The notes under the pieces: model-generated
The model's input: the letters and a program-made list of their open reading frames with translations, nothing else
Told to the model about the DNA's origin: nothing
Databases searched by the model: none
Made by a program: the position numbers and the translations under genes
In this document: piece by piece, positions 56,529 through 61,981 of the stretch
Layout: each line of letters starts with the position of its first letter
How positions within the stretch are numbered: the stretch's first letter is position 1
Source: a virus
Lineage: Duplodnaviria > Caudoviricetes
Reading direction: 5' to 3' (one strand)
DNA length: 61,981 nucleotides
IMG/VR virus record: IMGVR_UViG_3300033076_000890
Span: 1 to 61,981 of that record

Positions 56529-56708
56529 ATGTATAGAAAAGCTGAGAGAATATATCTGTCGGAGTCACAACTAACTACTGATTGAGAGGGCAGGGGGTGA
56601 CTGGTGGGTGGGCGGCTGGCGGGGGATGGCCATGGGCTATCTAAGCAACGGCTCTACGGTTGCACCTCATGTGTGTCGGTAGCGTGCAGTTCGCTCCCGG
56701 CGGATGCG

Positions 56709-56739
56709 GACGGGATGAAGCGGACGGCTTCATCCCGTC
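56709..56739. repeat. perfect 13-bp inverted repeat in the early leader
   Basis: GACGGGATGAAGC-GGACG-GCTTCATCCCGTC. Confidence 0.85.
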
Positions 56740-56810
56740 TTATTCGTTTCCGTCCGCTTTTGTTTGGATTCGTTTCTGTTTGGGTTTGCCGATACTTAGG
56801 AGGTATCACC

Positions 56811-57152
56811 ATGTCAACGTCAATCGTTCGTGCGTTTCTCACTCACGCCGCTGAAACCGACCTGCCAATCAGCAGGGACGCCGCTATCCGCATGAAACAG
56901 GCGGAAATCGGCGAGATTCGCGCCGCTCGCCTCGGTGCCGATGCCATTGAGGCGGCACGTGCAAAGTCGGTCGGTGTGTGCAAAAAAGTGGTCACCGACC
57001 ACTACACCGATGGTCTCAACGACCTTGAGTTCATCACCGACGCGATGCGTGTCCTTGCTGATGCATGGGGCAAGGGCATCGAGAAGGTCGATGTCCCCGA
57101 GAGCGTCAAGTTGGCGAACTCGGAACTGTTGGCTTGGAGGAAGACCCTCTAA
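56811..57152 (+). CDS. first early protein (hypothetical; possible host-takeover/anti-defence factor)
   Basis: Strong TAGGAGGT RBS, GC-rich codons, 113 aa. Confidence 0.8.
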   Translation: MSTSIVRAFLTHAAETDLPISRDAAIRMKQAEIGEIRAARLGADAIEAARAKSVGVCKKVVTDHYTDGLNDLEFITDAMRVLADAWGKGIEKVDVPESVKLANSELLAWRKTL

Positions 57153-57159
57153 GCCAGCC

Positions 57160-57192
57160 ACTACCCGGTACAACCAACCGGGTAGTTTTTTT
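57160..57192 (+). terminator. intrinsic terminator
   Basis: ACTACCCGGT-ACAACCA-ACCGGGTAGT-TTTTTT. Confidence 0.8.
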
Positions 57193-57254
57193 ATATATAT
57201 ATTGGGGTACTCGTGGCGACGAGTGCCCCTTTATCTTTTTTCATGGAGTTCATT

Positions 57255-57491
57255 ATGCATGCTGTTGATGTTTGCATTCAGCGAAACGAGTTGGTTATGG
57301 GTTTGTTGCAGATGGAGTGTCAGATAAAGAATCTGCGTGTCAGTATCAACCGCCTTCAGTTGGTTGAGCCTATCCTTGGCACGGAGGAACATACAACTTG
57401 GCATGCAGAGTTGTGTGACTTGCAGGACACACTGCATGCTGTTGAGAGTACGTTGGGTTTGGCGCGTAGAGCGCAGAAAAGGAGTGCGTAA
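57255..57491 (+). CDS. hypothetical coiled-coil early protein
   Basis: GGAG RBS before ATG 57255. Confidence 0.7.
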   Translation: MHAVDVCIQRNELVMGLLQMECQIKNLRVSINRLQLVEPILGTEEHTTWHAELCDLQDTLHAVESTLGLARRAQKRSA

Positions 57492-57832
57492 TGTACATCG
57501 CATTTTGGTGGTCTCTTGTTTGTGCGTTGCTCTGGTTGGTGGCATTCGTGGAGATGATTGTCACTCGTGGTCAAGGCGTTGTATGCCGTGACATCTTCCT
57601 GTTCTCTTGCTTGGCATACGTCATCATCGTGGTGGCTGCCATTGTCAAGGCCAGTTGGCCGTGGATGAAACGCAACGCAACAAAGTGTTGGATTGGTGCG
57701 TGTTGGCTTGCCATCTTTGGTGGCATGTGGTTCGCACATACGGTTGCTCAAGCCGACCTTGAGCGTCAGCATCAGGTAGAGATTGAGAACATGCGTCATG
57801 ACATGTATGTGAACAATGAGGTGACACGATGA
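57491..57832 (+). CDS. membrane protein (3 TM), early
   Basis: AAGGAG RBS, TAATG coupling, three hydrophobic helices. Confidence 0.75.
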   Translation: MYIAFWWSLVCALLWLVAFVEMIVTRGQGVVCRDIFLFSCLAYVIIVVAAIVKASWPWMKRNATKCWIGACWLAIFGGMWFAHTVAQADLERQHQVEIENMRHDMYVNNEVTR

Positions 57833-58035
57833 TTGGAAAAGACGGGTTGTTTCGTACCACGTTTTACCGTGGCATTCGCAGTGTTGGTGGCAAGCGTAAG
57901 TTTGTCACCATCTCTATGATTGGTGAGCGTCAGTTCGAGTTTACAATAGGGCGATTCCTGCCTAGTGTGCATGTTGCACATTGGTTGGGCGGAACGCTTG
58001 AGGAGTTCATCGACACCACGCTTGAGTGGATGTGA
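57829..58035 (+). CDS. hypothetical early protein
   Basis: GAGGTG RBS, ATGA overlap. Confidence 0.7.
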   Translation: MIGKDGLFRTTFYRGIRSVGGKRKFVTISMIGERQFEFTIGRFLPSVHVAHWLGGTLEEFIDTTLEWM

Positions 58036-58082
58036 TGACAACGAGGGGTGCGACTCGTGAACGCACAAAGAAGGAGACTGCT

Positions 58083-58319
58083 ATGGCAGCAAAACAAAAG
58101 GCTGGTATGTCCAGCAAGCAGTGGGTCATGAAGACCCCAACGATGTCCGCCCACACCACGCTGATGTGCTGTGAGCCTGATGATATCAGCGACTCAATGC
58201 TCGCTGAGTTGGAGCGCGAGGAGCTGGCGGATCACAAGATCTACGTCACCTCGCCCGATGACCGACTCCTTGCGTTGTACAGCGGTACACGCACACGAAA
58301 TCGGAGCGGTCGGTTCTAG
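58083..58319 (+). CDS. hypothetical early protein
   Basis: AAGGAG RBS before ATG 58083 (alternative start 58035). Confidence 0.65.
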   Translation: MAAKQKAGMSSKQWVMKTPTMSAHTTLMCCEPDDISDSMLAELEREELADHKIYVTSPDDRLLALYSGTRTRNRSGRF

Positions 58320-58320
58320 T

Positions 58321-58349
58321 GGGGATGGGCGCAAGCCCTCCCCTTTTTT
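58321..58349 (+). terminator. intrinsic terminator with GCAA loop
   Basis: GGGGATGGGC-GCAA-GCCCTCCCC-TTTTTT. Confidence 0.8.
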
Positions 58350-58382
58350 ATTTTTATTTTTTGTTTGAGTCTAGGAGTTTAT

Positions 58383-58928
58383 ATGAAACTGAAAACCGTG
58401 CTCGTTGAGAGCCTACTCGTCGTTAACCCAGAACTTGCACCATTTAAAGAAATGTGGGTCGGGTTCATTGAGAAAGTAATCACGGCTGACGCTATCTATC
58501 CGTTTGCTGATTACATGATGAAACGAACAGATAACATTGACTACGATAAACATTGTCGTGTTGTTCTTGGTAGTGTGCTTGCTGGTCGCATTGACCACTA
58601 TCTCTACTTCCAGAACTGCAGGCATAACCTAATTCAGGGTTGGCCATATTGGGTAACAAACCCAGATGTCAAAGACTTGGTGCCAATGAACAGCATAACC
58701 GAGGGCATTACCCTGCGAAGTGAGGCGGGTTCGTACCAAGTCATGGTGCAACAGTACGTTGATATACTCGATGTTCGTGTCTTGACAGACGTAAACATTG
58801 GAAGCATGTCAGTAATGACAACAAGGCCCACTGATGAGGACTGGGATATGTACCTCGCAATGGCTGAAGTTTTCATCGAACAAAAGCGAGAAGAAGCTGA
58901 CCGTCTCGACTTCAGTTACAACAACTAG
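58383..58928 (+). CDS. hypothetical early protein
   Basis: AGGAG RBS before ATG 58383; 181 aa. Confidence 0.75.
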   Translation: MKLKTVLVESLLVVNPELAPFKEMWVGFIEKVITADAIYPFADYMMKRTDNIDYDKHCRVVLGSVLAGRIDHYLYFQNCRHNLIQGWPYWVTNPDVKDLVPMNSITEGITLRSEAGSYQVMVQQYVDILDVRVLTDVNIGSMSVMTTRPTDEDWDMYLAMAEVFIEQKREEADRLDFSYNN

Positions 58929-58938
58929 ATCACACACA

Positions 58939-58963
58939 GGGAGGCGCAAGCCTCCCATTTTTT
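58939..58963 (+). terminator. intrinsic terminator with GCAA loop
   Basis: GGGAGGC-GCAA-GCCTCCC-ATTTTTT. Confidence 0.8.
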
Positions 58964-58979
58964 ATTTAAGGAGTTCAGT

Positions 58980-59471
58980 ATGCCAAAGAATAAATACGGT
59001 ATGGAAACAATGCCAGCAAACCCAATGACTATACACACGGCATGGGTTGCTAAACTCGTATCCCAAGATGAAGACTACGAGTGGACAACCGAATTGCTGT
59101 GCGTGTCACAAGACTACGACACTGCACACAAAGCATTCATCGACGCACTACCAGACAATATTCTGGGTTGGCAAATGCGATATCGATACTGGAATCAAAA
59201 GACGCTTGATAAGGTAATCGAGATTTACCCAGACTTTCAATCGTACCCTTGGCTCAAGGTATACGAAGCTCGGTTTGGTGGCACTGAGGATAAGCCACTC
59301 TATTCCCTTGATCGTGTATGGGATGTGGAAGAAGGGGAAGAAAAACCTCTTACCTTTGAACAGAAAGTTCAACTGTATGAACTGCTTGGTTCTTACTGGG
59401 ACAACACAAGCAATAGTCACTGTGAATACAAACTGGAAAAGATGGCGCTCGTGCCACTAGGAGTTAAATGA
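58980..59471 (+). CDS. hypothetical early protein
   Basis: AAGGAG RBS; 163 aa. Confidence 0.8.
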   Translation: MPKNKYGMETMPANPMTIHTAWVAKLVSQDEDYEWTTELLCVSQDYDTAHKAFIDALPDNILGWQMRYRYWNQKTLDKVIEIYPDFQSYPWLKVYEARFGGTEDKPLYSLDRVWDVEEGEEKPLTFEQKVQLYELLGSYWDNTSNSHCEYKLEKMALVPLGVK

Positions 59472-59725
59472 GTATGATTATCAGATCGCCCGAACGGGCA
59501 CGTGCAATCATGCACGACATTGCACACATCACACATGGATATGTACAAACATTATCCAATGGCACACACGACACGTTTATTAAAGTCACATCAACTAAAG
59601 GTGACATTGCACTGTGGTCACATGACATTGATGACTGTGAGATTGTAGTTATTCGTGAACACCCTAATGTGTCACGTTATCTACTTAACTTGGAAACACG
59701 AAGACAACTAAGGAGAATGCTATGA
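59468..59725 (+). CDS. hypothetical protein
   Basis: AGGAG RBS, ATGA overlap. Confidence 0.7.
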   Translation: MSMIIRSPERARAIMHDIAHITHGYVQTLSNGTHDTFIKVTSTKGDIALWSHDIDDCEIVVIREHPNVSRYLLNLETRRQLRRML

Positions 59726-60081
59726 GTCTTGACCTTGACCTCAGTAAACTAAAAATGCCAGCTAACCGCTGGCGAACAAACCTATGGCAGATCATCGATA
59801 CACCCGGTGGAATCAAGGATGTTCTGCACAAAGAACGAACAGCCGTTGGACACAAAGATAACAAAGGCGGGTTCTGGTTGCTGGCGTTTGAAGACATTGA
59901 ACACGCTGGAACCGTGTGCAAAGAATACGAAGAACAAGTGAAACACGAAGCACACATTGTGTCCGTCAATGTTTACTCACTGCCAGAAGACTGGAACCTA
60001 CGGTTGTACCGTATGGATGGCACGTGGATAGACATCCAACAGTGGGACTACCTGCAGCGATTGCATGAACAAAATAGGTAG
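59722..60081 (+). CDS. hypothetical protein
   Basis: AAGGAG RBS, ATGA overlap. Confidence 0.75.
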   Translation: MSLDLDLSKLKMPANRWRTNLWQIIDTPGGIKDVLHKERTAVGHKDNKGGFWLLAFEDIEHAGTVCKEYEEQVKHEAHIVSVNVYSLPEDWNLRLYRMDGTWIDIQQWDYLQRLHEQNR

Positions 60082-60096
60082 TTAGTCATCGTTACG

Positions 60097-60197
60097 GAGG
60101 GGTCAAATATTACACCCCTCTAATTTTTGTAGGGGGGAGGGGTCGGATTTTACCCCCCTCATTATATTGAATAATAATCAATGTAATACATATAATG
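60097..60197. other. candidate replication origin (two iteron-like palindromes plus AT-rich tract)
   Basis: GAGGGGTC-N9-(A/C)CCCCTC twice, 40 bp apart, then ATTATATTGAATAATAATCAATGTAATACATATAAT. Confidence 0.45.
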
Positions 60198-60219
60198 TAT
60201 CCGACACAAGGAGTTAGTC

Positions 60220-60597
60220 ATGGGTAAGTTAAAGTTGGCAATCGACAGCATCGAAGCATTGAGTGACGCACAGAAGTCTGTGCTTGTGAGAACTGGCATC
60301 ATTCGCATCGAGCCTACCGTCGCAGAGGAACAACTCTGGCAGATTGCATTGGTCATGCTTGACCGCTCTTATATCGCCGAACTACTTGGGCTTCAGCTGT
60401 CTACGTTCAATACGTATCTCGCAGACGAATATCGTTGCACCAAGATGAAAGAAAACCTGTTCATCAAACTTGGCAATGTCATCTCACAACGTGACATCAC
60501 TGTTGTACATAACATCTACACCAAGTTGAGCAAGCACCTTGAAAAGGTACACAACGACAAAGTTTGCGCTGAGTTTGTAAAGGAGCAAGAAGGATAA
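60220..60597 (+). CDS. putative HTH DNA-binding protein
   Basis: DRSYIAELLGLQLSTFNTYL HTH-like segment; AAGGAG RBS. Confidence 0.6.
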   Translation: MGKLKLAIDSIEALSDAQKSVLVRTGIIRIEPTVAEEQLWQIALVMLDRSYIAELLGLQLSTFNTYLADEYRCTKMKENLFIKLGNVISQRDITVVHNIYTKLSKHLEKVHNDKVCAEFVKEQEG

Positions 60598-60601
60598 TCA
60601 A

Positions 60602-60910
60602 ATGCTACACATTGGAGACAAAGTGTGCAATGTACGCCGTCCCGACAAAATCGGGACGGTTGTTTCATTAGATGCACCAAACAACAAATGGATGTCACGA
60701 CCTGAAGATATGCGTGTGCTAGTCAAATACGAACAACTATCTAAACGTTCTAATGGAACATGGAAATCAGGCATCCTTGATGAGCTACCCGTAGATCTTC
60801 TCCGCAACGGAGAAACTGTTCCAGATGCATTTCAACAGTTTAAACGTAGTGGTGATGAAGGAGGTATACACATCCGCATGTTAGCTAATGAAAGAAAGAA
60901 AAGACGATGA
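60602..60910 (+). CDS. hypothetical protein (KOW/SH3-like start)
   Basis: LHIGDKV......IGTVV. Confidence 0.7.
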   Translation: MLHIGDKVCNVRRPDKIGTVVSLDAPNNKWMSRPEDMRVLVKYEQLSKRSNGTWKSGILDELPVDLLRNGETVPDAFQQFKRSGDEGGIHIRMLANERKKRR

Positions 60911-61026
60911 TTTATTTAATTTTATGCACATTGATTGCAATCACTTCAATCTTTTCGCTGTTTGGTTGGCTTTATGTGTCAATCAATAACTATCAACGAC
61001 GTATCGATAAAGGAGAAACAGAATGA
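60907..61026 (+). CDS. small membrane protein (39 aa, not in ORF track)
   Basis: MIYLILCTLIAITSIFSLFGWLYVSINNYQRRIDKGETE; ATGA overlaps at both ends. Confidence 0.7.
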   Translation: MIYLILCTLIAITSIFSLFGWLYVSINNYQRRIDKGETE

Positions 61027-61232
61027 CACTGAAAGATAAAAAAGTAGCGTATTGGAAATGGGTAAACGACATGGTTCTCTTAAATGAGATGACTAATATG
61101 TTCTTGCCTAAGTCACTTAGAGCTGACTTTAAAAAAGAATTGCCTGACACTGACGATGTCGAAACACAGTATCAATTCATGCTTACCTACAATGCAAATA
61201 AGGCTAAGCAACTACGGGAGGAAATGAGTTAA
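61023..61232 (+). CDS. hypothetical protein
   Basis: AAGGAG RBS. Confidence 0.7.
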   Translation: MTLKDKKVAYWKWVNDMVLLNEMTNMFLPKSLRADFKKELPDTDDVETQYQFMLTYNANKAKQLREEMS

Positions 61233-61606
61233 TGAATTTACGTAATGAATACATAGCACCGCAGCTTGCTGCGTCATTAGTGTATGCACATGCTAGACAG
61301 GGATACACACACGCATTCACAAGAATGGGCATGCGCACTGGCGTAACAAGTTTTGATAAAGATAGGCCATATGCTTTGACTCAAACACTAAGAGTTGAGT
61401 TAGAAACGTACGAGCCATATCAAGCATATCAATTTACGGTTGATTGCGACCTTATTGATAAAACAGAAGGGCAAGTTCGCATTAATGGTGCACACTTCCA
61501 TGAAGTGTATGTATTTGAAAGCGATGCAAATGCCATAGAAGCATGGATCACACAATTCAGAATGTGGCTTAGGTCACAGTTAGAAAAGGACACAAATAAT
61601 GATTAA
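61232..61606 (+). CDS. hypothetical protein
   Basis: GGAGG RBS, TAATG coupling. Confidence 0.75.
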   Translation: MNLRNEYIAPQLAASLVYAHARQGYTHAFTRMGMRTGVTSFDKDRPYALTQTLRVELETYEPYQAYQFTVDCDLIDKTEGQVRINGAHFHEVYVFESDANAIEAWITQFRMWLRSQLEKDTNND

Positions 61607-61913
61607 ACATTACAAAGTTTTGATTTTACGTTTTGCTTACCTCCACATTCATCCGGGTGGAGGTTTCGAGAAGCTCATCAAGCTTACACCGCAGTTCCAG
61701 CAATTCCTCGATAAAGAGGCTCGTATGTTTCTTGCAGAGTTGCTTGACTTTGCTGATGCTCATGTGCCTCATGATTGTAGAAACGTAATGGGATTCGATG
61801 ACTGGCTCGGTGATGAGCCAACACATGAAGAACATCTACAGTTTGACAAATGGTTATCTGTTCTTCAAGAGGTACCGAAAGGTTGGGAGGAAGTAGATAC
61901 TAGCCATGGCTAA
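61599..61913 (+). CDS. hypothetical protein
   Basis: AAGGA RBS, 104 aa. Confidence 0.75.
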   Translation: MIKHYKVLILRFAYLHIHPGGGFEKLIKLTPQFQQFLDKEARMFLAELLDFADAHVPHDCRNVMGFDDWLGDEPTHEEHLQFDKWLSVLQEVPKGWEEVDTSHG

Positions 61914-61950
61914 TCGTCCATACAGTTATACTTGCCAGTGTTATGACTTT

Positions 61951-61981
61951 GAGGGCCGAGAATTCGGCCCTCCTACTCTTT
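61951..61981 (+). terminator. hairpin, possible terminator at window end
   Basis: GAGGGCCGA-GAAT-TCGGCCCTC followed by CTACTCTTT. Confidence 0.45.

Noticed and set aside
56604-56810. Upstream extension of the first early ORF and overlapping small ORFs
   Set aside because: Runs through G-tracts and palindromes; a strong RBS defines the start at 56811
1-61981. Stop-codon reassignment
   Set aside because: Long genes are intact in the standard code; TAA, TAG and TGA all serve as stops; the TAA-anticodon tRNA reads TTA (Leu) and is not a suppressor
61906-61981. ORF starting MANRPYSYTCQC at the window end
   Set aside because: RBS is too distant, it overlaps a hairpin, and it is truncated by the window; cannot be supported

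Overview
The window looks like a complete or nearly complete ~62 kb genome of an uncultured short-tailed (podovirus-like) dsDNA phage, apparently opened inside its early region, since both ends lie in the same + strand run of small genes. It has two arms diverging from a GC-rich, palindrome-rich spacer at ~56.44-56.81 kb. The + strand arm (56811-61981, continuing at 1-8054) holds small early genes, a YubB-type ferredoxin-like protein, a VRR-NUC nuclease, a Sak/Rad52-like annealase, a Gam-like protein, an LmbU-family regulator, an HTH initiator, a helicase loader and DnaB. The - strand arm (56438 down to 8034) holds dUTPase, DUF3310, tRNA-Asn(GTT), a thermonuclease, HNH, tRNA-Leu(TAA), ThyX, SSB, a cluster of basic proteins plus a 1743 aa orphan, TerS/TerL, portal, scaffold, capsid, cement, two adaptors, holin, two paralogous fibre cassettes, nozzle, three ejection proteins (the largest 4473 aa with HExxH) and a CHAP lysin. 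I see no integrase, DNA polymerase, RNA polymerase or CRISPR array. Best leads: (1) the first seven early genes have no TTA codon while the phage carries tRNA-Leu(UAA), suggesting a bldA-like timing switch; (2) a scaffold-like 'ITxxLGI' peptide recurs on putative capsid-cargo proteins; (3) two-gene fibre cassettes with glycine-rich docking tails; (4) a set of hairpin, operator and origin-like elements. All family calls come from motif recognition by eye; no database search was run.
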